Both the position numbers and the translations under genes were made by a program. Positions 26,218 to 36,698 of a stretch of 64,000 bases of DNA are shown here, piece by piece. Under the pieces are notes generated by a model that was not told the DNA's origin, searched no databases, and saw only the letters and a program-made list of their open reading frames with translations. Numbering within the stretch: position 1 is the first letter of the stretch; the number at the start of each line of letters is the position of its first letter. The DNA comes from Dipteris shenzhenensis (lineage: Eukaryota). Location: the NCBI GenBank assembly GCA_047967505.1, contig CM106538.1; one strand, 5' to 3'.

Positions 26218-26936
26218 TGTTAGCTATCAATGCTCCACTCTCGTGTAACTATGCGGGAACCAGCTAACTCTACTTGTAAGCCCCCCATATGACGAGAAGG
26301 CATTTAAGTAGCTAGGTTATCCGGTAGGTCCTGGTTTGGACACCAAATGGGGGCCATGTGTGGCCTGATGGCTAGACGACTTTAGATAGAGTTGGCACAC
26401 TATCAACTAGGCTACATGCAAGTGCGGGAAGGCATCTCTTGATTGATTGTGATGAGGGTAGACGGAGCGTTTTCTGGGGCGTTTTCTGGGACCCATTTGG
26501 AGCCTCAGATGATCTCGGATGGCTCTAGGGTGAACGGTAACCATAGGTTAGTTGCTCTCTTTTGTGCACCGGTTCTATCATATGGTCGGTGGCCTATTTC
26601 AGGACCAACCACCAGTCGATCGTTTTGGGCGGACTGGGTCGGTCACCCAATTGAGCCTAATTGACTACGACAGGTGGCTATATAAGAGCAAGCCCGTGAA
26701 GCCCATTTCATCACTGGCTACAGTAACCCTGATTCCTTAGCATCCAGCCTCCGTCTTCTACTGTTTCCAGCACGCGCGACGCTTCTTTCACAGGAGCACA
26801 TGGTTGGGAGGCAGCGCCATCTATTGTATCAGATCTACAGTAATCAAATTTTTGATTCTCCATACTATCTTGTTTTCTCTCTTGCGTACGAGATCCTATT
26901 ATCTATTGAGCACAGACGTTGTATTATTTTCTTACA
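26218..26936 (+). repeat. 3' LTR of Copia D
   Basis: TGTTAG...CTTACA, preceded by the PPT and followed by the TSD. Confidence 0.92.
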
Positions 26937-27008
26937 GTTAGAGGTATATGGCTAATCTAGGAAAGAGGCATTGGGAGGCAGTTAAGTGCATCATGAGATA
27001 CATGAAGG

Positions 27009-27369
27009 TGTTGAAATGTGCAATGTCCAATTGATGGGATATTGTGTTGGTACCCTAGAGGGGTATGTTTATGGGAATTATGGTAGCCACACAAGAGGAT
27101 GTGGACTACATGAATGGATGTGGGACATTGGTCACCACAAGTTGGATGTGGATCAGAGGATGCCACACAGTAGGCTTATGCCTTGAGACTCTCTATATAA
27201 GAGGTTTATCATTGTATTGTTTATCAAGCATTGGAATAGATTGGTTGAGTGTTGCCTACGTTGTTGTCTCCCCGTTATGGATTTTCTTGTATGGTTCAAT
27301 CCTCCATGATTGTTACACTGATCTCATGTAGCCCTAGGCTTAGTGGCGGTCTCATTCAGTTTCTTAACA
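27009..27369 (+). repeat. 5' LTR of element E
   Basis: TGTTGAAATG...TTCTTAACA. It contains a CTATATAAG TATA-like box. Confidence 0.93.
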
Positions 27370-27876
27370 TGGTATCAGAGCTGGTAGTCCACAAGCTTAG
27401 GCAGATTAGTGTGTTTTCTTTCATGTCTTTTGTATAGAGAAAAATAATGGCAACACTCTATCATTAGGGAGAGTTTTGTGTGAGATTATGCCTTTTCTGG
27501 ATTTGGAGTAGCCCATGAAAGAGCCAGGCTTGAATTGAAGTTTTCTACTATGAGAAAAGAAGACTGATGTAGGTTATTGCTGCAAAAGATGTTGCTGCTT
27601 ATGGAAGATGCAAAAGAAGATTGTTGCTAGGAGGAGATTGCATTGCTTAAAGAACATTTTGCAAAGTTTGAAGAAGAGAAGGATACGCTGGTCGGAGAAA
27701 AAGAACAGGTCTTGAAGCAAATGAAGGACTTCGAGAGGAAGACGGAAGAGCTACAGGAGGAGCTTCTTATGCTACGGGAGCAAAGAAAGTGCCTCGAAGG
27801 AAAAAAAAACTGGAGGTCGTAGTGAAGATTGAAGCTGCCCAAGGAGGAAGCTACTGTCATCATTGAGTTGCAGCAA

Positions 27877-27960
27877 CGAAGCTGCATAGCCCATTCCAGA
27901 GAGATTATACAACTTGATATCGGAGCGCATCTTGTATCGATTCACAACAGCAACAGAAAG
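27877..27960 (-). pseudogene. 3-ketoacyl-CoA synthase (KCS/FAE1 family) fragment inside element E
   Basis: LSVAVVNRYKMRSDIKLYNLSGMGYAAS matches the KCS active-site motif (N(R/H)YK(M/L)RxxIKxxNL(S/G)GMGC(S/A)A). The catalytic Cys position reads Tyr. Confidence 0.8.
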
Positions 27961-27978
27961 TAGCCGAAGCAACACAAG

Positions 27979-28056
27979 GAGCTGCATCAAATCTTTCTCG
28001 ACATGGTTGTGCTTGTAGAAGCCCAGGGAGAGCAGCTGAACGACATTCAACATCAC
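27979..28056 (+). pseudogene. Syntaxin (SYP1/KNOLLE-type Qa-SNARE) fragment inside element E
   Basis: [26 protein letters not shown] matches the SYP1 SNARE motif [24 protein letters not shown]. Confidence 0.85.
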
Positions 28057-29247
28057 AAGAACAAGTAACGATCTGTAGAAAAGAGAACAGTGGCTGATAG
28101 CTATGCTGAAGCGGCAAAGATAAGCACCACGACAAAAGGCGAGCACGAGAAGAAAGGTGCAAAGTAGGAGGTGAAAATCCGGGCTGCGAAGTAGAGAAAG
28201 ATCGAAAATGAGTAACAGTCAATGAAGCAAGAAAGCTGCTTGATGCTCTAGAGGCTATGGTGAACAGAAAAACATTCGAACCCAAGAATTCAAGCTCAAG
28301 TATTGCGCTTCTGGACTGCTGTTGATCCGAACACTACCGAAAACAAAGTGGGCTTCTTGCCAACTTTGCGATGTGGAAGATCAGTCATTCAATGGCAATA
28401 TCTATATTGCCAGTGAGGTCGAACATGTGAATGGTGTTGTCAACTCCGCCAATGGCCAACACAGGTCCGGAAGCGGTGATGCATTTGATGGGGCCAATGT
28501 GTGTAGGGTGCAAGAAGGAGGGCTGGAGATGGAGCTGCTTTTGCTGCTATTGGAGACGCCATCCCCACAGGAAGCGCTCGTATGAAGCCACCACCAGCTT
28601 CATGGGCATACCAGACACCACCCACAGCAACAAAGACGGAGAAGACATTGCTCATGGGGAGCCTCATGACTTGAGGAAGAAGACGGGGCTGAAACTCTAA
28701 GGCTTCAGAATCCTATCGTTATTTTGTGTGGTTCACAGGCCCGTTTGAAAAATGTCCTATCTCTTTTGTTAATGTGGTTCAAAAAGAAACCCTTATGAAG
28801 GTATGGTGCATATGAAAACCCCTAGTGTACATGAAAATTTTTCTTGCGCCTTGAAAAAATGGTGCAGCATTGGCTGGTATGGAAAGCTGTGGATATATAT
28901 TTAATTGTGACCACATGATTTGTCGGTGCCCTGCCCTTGCATTGACATAAAATGGATGGAATTTTCTCTCACCCATGTTTATGAGTGTACATTGATGATG
29001 CACTACTTGGGTTGGTTCCTTTTCCCGAACACATGGGATGTTCAAAAAGCACTTGGGTGTCCCGCCCACACAGCATGGTGTGTAAAGTGGATGATAAGGT
29101 GTCTAGGTTGCTAGACACATGCACACACATTTGTTGAACACTCCAATTTGTCATTGAGGGGGAGTGTTGAGAGAGTGAGTTTGGCAATGCCAAATCATTG
29201 GGGGTGAGAGGTGAGATGATCACATATGATTGTACATTGAGGAGGGG

Positions 29248-29608
29248 TGTTGAAATGTGCAATGTCCAATTGATGGGATATTGTGTTGGTACCCTAGAGG
29301 GGTATGTTTATGGGAATTATGGTAGCCACACAAGAGGATGTGGACTACATGAATGGATGTGGGACATTGGTCACCACAAGTTGGATGTGGATCAGAGGAT
29401 GCCACACAGTAGGCTTATGCCTTGAGACTCTCTATATAAGAGGTCTATCATTGTATTGTTTATCAAGCATTGGAATAGATTAGTTGAGTGTTGCCTACGT
29501 TGTTGTCTCCCCGTTATGCATTTTCTTGTATGGTTCAATCCTCCATGATTGTTACACTGATCTCATGTAGCCCTAGGCTTAGTGGCGGTCTCATTCAGTT
29601 TCTTAACA
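29248..29608 (+). repeat. 3' LTR of element E
   Basis: Near-identical to 27009-27369. Confidence 0.93.
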
Positions 29609-31104
29609 GAAGGGTACCAAGGAGGTGTGTATCTGCTTTGGCAGAGGAGAGATGTGTGTATTTGGGTACACAGATTCCGACTATGTAGGGCATGTGGATA
29701 GTAGGAGATCCACTTCTGGGTTATGTGTTCACCTTTGCAGGTGGTGTAGTGTTGTGGATGTCTCGTGCACAGAAGTGCATTGCTTTGTCTACCACAGAGG
29801 CTGAGTATGTTACAGCCACAGAGGGCTGCAAGGAGGCTATATGGCTTGATCGACTAGTGAGAGATTTGGGGATTCATACAGGTGTACCAACATTGCATAG
29901 TGATTTGATTCCATGAGTGCTATTGAGCTAGCATGGAATCCGGTCTTTCATGCAAAGACCAAACACATTGAGGTCAGGTACCATTTTATCAGGGAGGTAC
30001 TTGAGGACAAGCACATAGAGCTTGTCAAGGTTCATACAGATGATAACCTTGTAGATATGCTGACAAAGAGTCTACCTAGTCAGCGGTTTGAGTATTGTCG
30101 TGTATTGATGGGCATTGGATAGTATGCTCATTGGTTATTCTCCCTTAAAGGCACATTGGCCTTTAAGTGGGAGGTTGTGGGGGTTAAGGCCATTGTATCT
30201 TAACCCCGGTTATGTACAATACTCAAACACATATATATATGGATGAAATAGAAGATTAGGGTGTCCTTCACCCACCAAAACTTGTGTCTCTCAAGCTCCC
30301 TCTCACCCTCTCAACTTTCGTTGTGTCCTCACACCAATCACCAGTAGGCGAGGTTCCTGATTCGAGCTTGTCCAAGATGTGCCATCGTTGTTGCAAAGAA
30401 GCTCCTCATCCTTCTCCAAGGTTAACATGAAAAATGACATGTGGTAGATAGAGGTTAACTGAGATAAGATTAGATTAGTTCACTACACTTGGGTTAACCT
30501 ACCGTGGCAGCTAGCTTAGGTCAAGATTTACCTTGGGTTAACTCTATGATTAGTTAAAAATGACCATGGTTAAGTATATTGCCTTGGGTTAACTAAGTTG
30601 AAGTTAAAAGATTGCCACATGGCATAGGGCCACCTAAGCACATAGCCCCTACCAAGCATAGTTTGGAGTGCAGCATATGAACAGCCTCTACCACATCATC
30701 AAAAGCCCGCTTCTTCACAAAAGCTTCAACAAAGCATAACTTGCAATCCAAGAGGAATTTGCACATGGTCCAAAAATGAAAAGTAGTCATCTTTTTTAGC
30801 TCTACATGCCTGTTAGATCAGAATCATTGTTAGCAATTAGACACTACCAATATTGAAAGAAATCAATTGGTAAGACCTTTGAAACAAATGACAAATCAAT
30901 GCATGAATGCAAAAAGCATGCCAAAAGCACAAGTGCATGAGATGACCATAGCAGAGAACATGGCATCCACACATAAAGCATTAAGGCACATGGAAGAACA
31001 AAGCATAATGCATCATGATACATTAAGCAAAGAAGTGAACGACATCAACAACATGTATTGAGAAGCAACATCCTTGCCACCTTCAGCCCATATGTTTGTG
31101 AATC

Positions 31105-31565
31105 AAACCTGACCACCTGAGAGTACCATGTAAGCACCCAGGGGAGGATTTGATCTTGTAATACCCACACTTGACCACCTTAAGTAGCAATGCATGCACT
31201 AAGGGGAGGTGATGGATTTGTAACTCACATTTGACCACCTTGCAATAGCCGATGGATCATGGCACCAAGGGGAGGTGTTGAGATATGGTGCCATGAGCAC
31301 ATAATTAGAGGCTAAGTATGTGCTAAGGAAAGAATCAAAGTAGCCACCCTAGGATGTGGAATACATGATGTGAAGATGTGGATTGAGGATATCCACAAGA
31401 AGAGATGTGGATCAGAGGATCCCACATGTGTTGACTATTGAAAGGGAATTATCTATATAAGAGACCTATCATGTATGGTTGAATATAGCACAGTTGGAAT
31501 AGATTGAGTATTTCCTACGTATGTCTCTCTCATGGAGTTTCTTCTATGGTTTGATCCCGCTTGAT
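31105..31565 (+). mobile_element. 3' end of an LTR element related to E: tandem PPT units and a truncated LTR
   Basis: Three GACCACCT...GCAC..AGGGGAGG units are followed by TGTTGAG at 31276. The LTR shares ordered blocks with the E LTR (GTAGCCAC, GATGTGGATCAGAGGAT, CTATATAAGAG, TGGAATAGATT). Confidence 0.7.
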
Positions 31566-31579
31566 CTTTTTGCCTATTA

Positions 31580-32830
31580 TCACATTGCACTAGGAGAGCA
31601 CGATCCACACTTTTGCAAAGGACTCTTTGAATGCTAGTGTGGCAAGGTGCTCTTATTTTGATACGCATGTACCACCATTGAGCCAATTGAACCATTGGGC
31701 TTGACTTAGTTCTACCACCCCCGTGTTGGATCGCTCTATTATATGCACAATGTGCTTGCCAATGCGATCTTTCCATGCCCTGAGTGGACCACACTCCGAT
31801 GCTTCCATAATTCCATGCCATGTATCGTGCATGAGCATATCAAATGTGCTGTCAAATAGAAAAACAAATCAGTATAAATATAGGACCATTCAATATGCAC
31901 ATCTCACTGTCCAAGTTAGAGATTACCATGTATTGTGTGAAATGATTCTTTCCCCAAGCTATCTCCATATTCTGGCTAAAGTCATTCATAGCATTGATGA
32001 AACACTATGCATCATCTTCTTTGAATCTTTTCTTTTGTAGTAAAGGTACCAAGCTATCAAGAGCTAACCACACTCATGCCTTTTCCAGCCTTTTTTGTCC
32101 GTTGCCCCCTCATTTACAACAAGCATTGTGTAACTTTCTACATCAAACTCATTAGCACGTTTGAGATTGTCATTCTTCTTCTTTGCGGAAAAGAAATTTA
32201 AAGCCTTGACACCACCAAAGCTTGGCTTACAAAAAACATTGCCTATTTTTCCACTTTTCTCATCTTTACTTGCCCAGACTGTAGTCCCATATCTAAAAGA
32301 ACCTTTTCAATTCTTGCAATCATCCTCTCACTCTCTTGTTGGGGCTTCAAGTTATATGCATCAATGATGTACAGATGCATCAACTTTTCAAATATTGTCA
32401 CAATAGAATGAAGCACACGTCCCTTCCAGTGGTCCCGAATGTGTTCCAAGATTGATGAAGTTGATGGTTCTTGCTTCAAAACAAATTATATGCACCCAAA
32501 CATCTGGAAATCTATTTCAAGCAATATTCTGTAGAAAACCATTGATAGTAAGAGTGAAAAAGACTCATTTCTCATGGAATTTCTTACAAAACAAACAAAA
32601 TTTTCAACGTTTTCAAACCATGAAATAAAACAAAACAAGACAACTATAAAAAATGAACTACGAACTAATTGTTTCTTCAAAGTTACATCATTAACAAACA
32701 AATCTCGTCATAATCACTGTGTTGAATTGTTCCAAAGATTATCTCACCTGAACCTCCATACAAGTTGTCTGGATGGACCCCAAACCTTCACAAATGGTTT
32801 GAAATCATGTAGCCTTAGAGATTGCAATAG
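31580..32830 (-). pseudogene. Unidentified decayed, apparently spliced coding remnant
   Basis: Acceptor-like sites (TTTTCTACAG ~32530, TTTGACAG ~31850) follow AT-rich spacers and precede protein-like frames (ILEHIRDHWKGRVLHSIV...; HDTWHGIMEASECGPLRAWKDRIG...). The family was not recognised. Confidence 0.3.
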
Positions 32831-33699
32831 GGAAGGTAACTAGTACTGAGAGATGGGCAAAAGAAAGATTGATTCTCATGCATTAGCAACTACAATGCCT
32901 AAAAGTCAATCCTCTTTGATCCTTTCTCAAAGAATCTCGTCCAGTAGCTCCTTCTAAGCTCCAAACTCCTTGCATCATTCATGGGTCGCTCAAAACATTG
33001 ATTGCCTTGGCTTCCTGAATGAAATGATTTCAGATCGTGGGAGAATCTCGGATGAGAGAGGAAGTGGCGAGATTTGAAGGAGAAGGTAGGTTGAATCTCA
33101 TTCAAAAATCTTGAACATTTTGAAAGAATGAGAGTGACATGGGAGGGAAATGCAAGTAGAGAAGAGAAGTGACAAGATTTTGGTGTGAGTCCATCCCATG
33201 AGAGGGAGAATAGAGAAAGAAGCTTCTCGCTCAAGAACCAACAGGAAATTTGAAAAGAGGGTTGGATCCAGTAAAGAAAAATCTGAAATGGTGATAAAAA
33301 ATGAGGGGGCAGTAAGAGGAATGAGAGAGAATGAAAGGAGTGTGGTAGTTGGATGGGAGGATTTGGTTTTAGGTCAAATGGTACAAGTTTGGTTGAGAAA
33401 CTAGGTTTCTCAGTTTGGCTATAGTTAAAAAACGTGATGGGAGAGTTGAGGTAGCAAGTGGGTGCTCCACCTCATTGTTTGGGCCATTGAATAAAGAAAT
33501 AGATAAGTCAGGCCACTTCCAATATTCTATTGCCCTCCACCAACCAATATTCTATTGGGTTTTATTCACCTTATTCCATGTCACCAGCCCAAGGGCTCCC
33601 TTACAAGGCCCTTTTTGAGTCCAAATTTTTTGTAATGCAATAGTGTTTTTGGGTGTTCTCTTGTTTCCTTTGTAGTGCTTTTATGTTTACCACTCCATC

Positions 33700-34559
33700 C
33701 CCATTCATTCTCCTCTTCTCCTCCCCTTCTCCCTCTCTTCTCCCCTCTCCCCATTGAGAAAGACTTGGAGAGCGTTCAAGTGACCACCTCTTCCACCCTT
33801 TGGATTTCCATCCGTCAAGCTTTTTTTCTTCTCTTTTTTCCCCCCCCTCCCATTTCCACCACCCCCCTTCATCTCCACCACCCCCTCCCCCCTCTCCATC
33901 TCCATCTCCACTACCCCCTCCTCCCCTCCATCTCCACCTCCCCCTCCCCCTTCCCCCTTTCCCCCCTCCATATCCCCCCTCCCCCCTCCATCTCCACCAC
34001 CCCCTCCCCCCTCCCCCCTCCCCCCTCCATCTCCACCACCCCCTCCCCCCTCCATCTCCACCACCCTCTCCCCCATCCCCCCCTCCATCTTCACCACCCC
34101 CTTCCCCCTCCCCCCTCCCCCCTGCATCTCCACCACCCCCTCCCCCCTCCCCGTTTCCCCCCTCCATCTCCACCACCCCCTTCCCCCTCCCCCCCACCAT
34201 CTCCACCACCCCCTCCCCCCCTCCATCTTCACCAACCCCTTCCCCTTCCCCCCCTTCCCCCTCCATCTCCCCCTCCCCCTCCCCCCTCCCCCCTTCATCT
34301 CCACCACCCCCTCCCCCCCTCCATCTCCACCTCCCCCTCCCCCCTCCCCCTTTCCCCCCTCCATCTCCACCACCCCCTCCCCCCCTCTATCTCCACCTCC
34401 CCCTCCCCCTTCCCCCTTTCCCCCCTCCCCCTTCCCCCTTCCCTCCCCCCTCCCCCCTCCATCTCCACCACCCCCTCCCCCTTTCCCTCTCTCTCTTTCT
34501 TTCTTTCTCTCTCTCTCTCTCTCTTTCCATCCCCCTCTCTCATTCTCTCTCTTTCCCTC

Positions 34560-34619
<60 letters not shown>

Positions 34620-35140
34620 ATTTCTCTCTTAATCTCTCTCTCTCTCTCTCTACCCCCCACCCCCACCCCTCTCTCTCTCTCTCTCTCTCTCTCCCTCCCC
34701 CCCCTCGCCGGCTACTCCCTAACTAAACAAATCCCTACCTAAGAAAGGGCCTTAAGGCCCAAGCTGCCATAGGCCAGTGCCCGCAGCGATGGCCATAGGA
34801 CGGCGCGGCACCCATCCATCCGCCCTACCCTCCCCACCCCTTCCCGTCCTCCCCTCCCCCCCCTTTCCACCACTCCCCTATGCACCCTTCGTGTCTGCCC
34901 CACTCTCCCCACCCCTTCCCGTCGCTCCCCTCCCCCCCTTCCCATTGCTCCCTTGCGCCCCCCTTCCCGTCGCTCCCCTCCCCTCCCCTTCCCATCGCTC
35001 CCCTCCCCCCCTTCCCACTGCTCCCTTGCGCCCCCCTTCCCGTCGCTCCCCTCCTTTCCGCCCCCCCTTTCCCCCCTGCTCAAAAAAAAAAACAACAACC
35101 CCCCTTGCGCCGCCGTCGAGGCAGCCCCCCTAAGTTCTTT
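33700..35140. repeat. Polypyrimidine C-rich low-complexity tract: minisatellite plus (CT)n microsatellite
   Basis: Recurring CCCTCCATCTCCACCACCCCCT units (33840-34480), (CT)n runs (~34490-34695) and CCCCTTCCCGTCGCTCCCCT units (~34900-35060). Confidence 0.95.
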
Positions 35141-35154
35141 AAAAAAAAGGAAAA

Positions 35155-35500
35155 AAAACCCTAACCTACCTAACACTAACCCTAGGTTAGGTTAGTTAGG
35201 CTATGTTCACCTAGGTTAGGTTAGCTTAACAAAGGTTAGATTAGCTTAACCTCGGTTAGCTTTAACTTAGGTTTGATTATCTTTAACTAGGTTACTTTAA
35301 CTGTTAGTTAATTACACTAACTGGACCATTAGGTTAGTTTAGTCTAACTAGGTAGGTTCACCCTAGGTTACTTACTGACCATTAGGTTAGTCTAACTAAC
35401 GTTCAATTAGTAACTAACCATAGTTAGTCAACTTAGTTACATTAACCTCACAGCTATAGTAACTCGGAGGATCTAGGTAAGTTAACCTGACTAGAGTCAC
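35155..35500. repeat. Degenerate CTAAC/GTTAG (TTAGG-like) low-complexity repeat with mixed orientation
   Basis: CCTAACCTACCTAACACTAACCCTAGGTTAGGTTAGTTAGG, followed by many GGTTAG/CTAAC variants. Confidence 0.8.
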
Positions 35501-36345
35501 TTGGTTCCAACCCCTCAGTTGGACTTAGAGTCCATTCACACCACCCTTAGGACCCCCCTCCATTAAAAGCAAATTTTACCCCTACTTTAACCCCTCGTAT
35601 CTCATCTGTTTGGGACCCAAGCTGAACCCTGTTTGAACCTAGATTTCACACACAGAAACATCACATTATAGGGTATTTTTCTAACCCATTGCACACCATT
35701 TCAGCAAACCTAGCACTCGCTCATTCGTGCCTCCATGTGGGCCTCATTTTACACAAATTTGCTCATATCTTCACGTCGTGACCTTCGATTAACGATCCAT
35801 CTGCCCCGGCACAATTTCGTACACATGTAGGACAATCTTAGGCACATTATTAACACGACAGCCCCTACACAAACTAACACCACTCTAACCCTCCAACCAC
35901 AACTTCATCCACACCCGCACTTGTGGCAAAGACACCCTTGGCAAATCTCGCCCAATCTGCATGCAGCTACGTTCCAACCAATGCCTTCGACTCCAATGCC
36001 TACCACATCTGCATACAACTCTGATGCAACCACTACCCCCACCAATCCTCTATCCCAATTCCCCCCTTGAAATTCAATCACTCCCTTTAACTCCTCCACG
36101 CCCCAACATGGCTGGATGCCATCACGACAATGATGGGGATATCGACCTTGAAGCAGAGGCTCACAATTTCTTTAATCACAGAAATAATAAAAATCAAGGC
36201 AGATGCCCCTTGAGAAAACTGGAACTTCCCAAATATAATGGTAGGGGAGATCCAGCCCGATTCCTTCAGCATTTTGATGCCGCACGCCGAGCAAGTAGAG
36301 ATCAATCCCATGAAACCAAGGTGGCTTGGTTTCCCATGACCTTAA

Positions 36346-36698
36346 TGTGAAGATTGTGGGAGAGAGGGAAGGAGTCTCACTTGCGGCTTTCTCACATGCA
36401 CAATGGGGGAATACACACAAAGGTGGAGGCTGAAAATAGTTTTCCTCTTCTTAGTTGTGAAAGCCAAAAGAACTCTAGTACAAAGAAAATAGAAGAACCC
36501 TATATGTGGGTCTCAAACCAAACTCAACTAACTAAGGTGGCATACTAACTGAGCCACGAACTAGTGTAGATAAGGATAGCTGTCATCCAGCTATTATTCG
36601 TGGGCGGTGTACCAACCGCATCTCCAGCTAACAAGTCGGTGACATAAGTACACAACGGTCACCCTGGCATATCGCGAGTGGAGCTCAATATCTCAACA
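36346..36698 (-). repeat. 3' LTR of Copia B2
   Basis: TG...CA termini, adjacent to the PPT and the TSD. Confidence 0.95.

Larger units (their letters stand above)
21512..26936 (+). mobile_element. Full-length but decayed Ty1/Copia element D
   Basis: TSD GTTAG (21507-21511 and 26937-26941). PBS TGGTATCAGAGC at 22219-22230. gag ~22270-22963, PR-INT ORF 23060-24364 (WIIDSGASHH), RT ~24530-25450, RNase H to ~26190. PPT GAGTGGGGG at 26209-26217. Confidence 0.95.
27009..29608 (+). mobile_element. Non-autonomous LTR retrotransposon E (TRIM/LARD-like, 2.6 kb) carrying host gene fragments
   Basis: 361 bp LTRs (3 differences by eye). TSD GAAGG (27004-27008 and 29609-29613). Met-tRNA PBS at 27370-27381. 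PPT GAGGAGGGG at 29239-29247. No gag/pol motifs lie inside. Confidence 0.93.
19701..30313 (+). mobile_element. Ty1/Copia family A, copy A2 (INT 3' half, RT, RNase H, 3' LTR), split by elements D and E
   Basis: Segments 19701-21511, 26942-27008 and 29614-30313 are collinear with copy A3. RT ORF 20508-21287 has LYVDDM. RNase H 29692-30122 has ALSTTEAEY and TKHIEVRYHF. PPT AAGTGGGAG precedes the LTR, which starts TGTGGGGG at 30176. Confidence 0.9.

Noticed and set aside
31105-31285. CRISPR-like repeat-spacer pattern
   Set aside because: Only three degenerate units, in a eukaryotic context with no cas genes. They are explained as PPT repeats.
33601-35195. Long Pro-rich (extensin-like) and Gly-rich ORFs in several frames
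   Set aside because: They are open in nearly all frames on both strands because the C-rich tract lacks stop codons. There is no signal peptide, and they run into (CT)n.
35155-35500. Interstitial telomere
   Set aside because: The units are irregular and do not form TTTAGGG or TTAGGG arrays.
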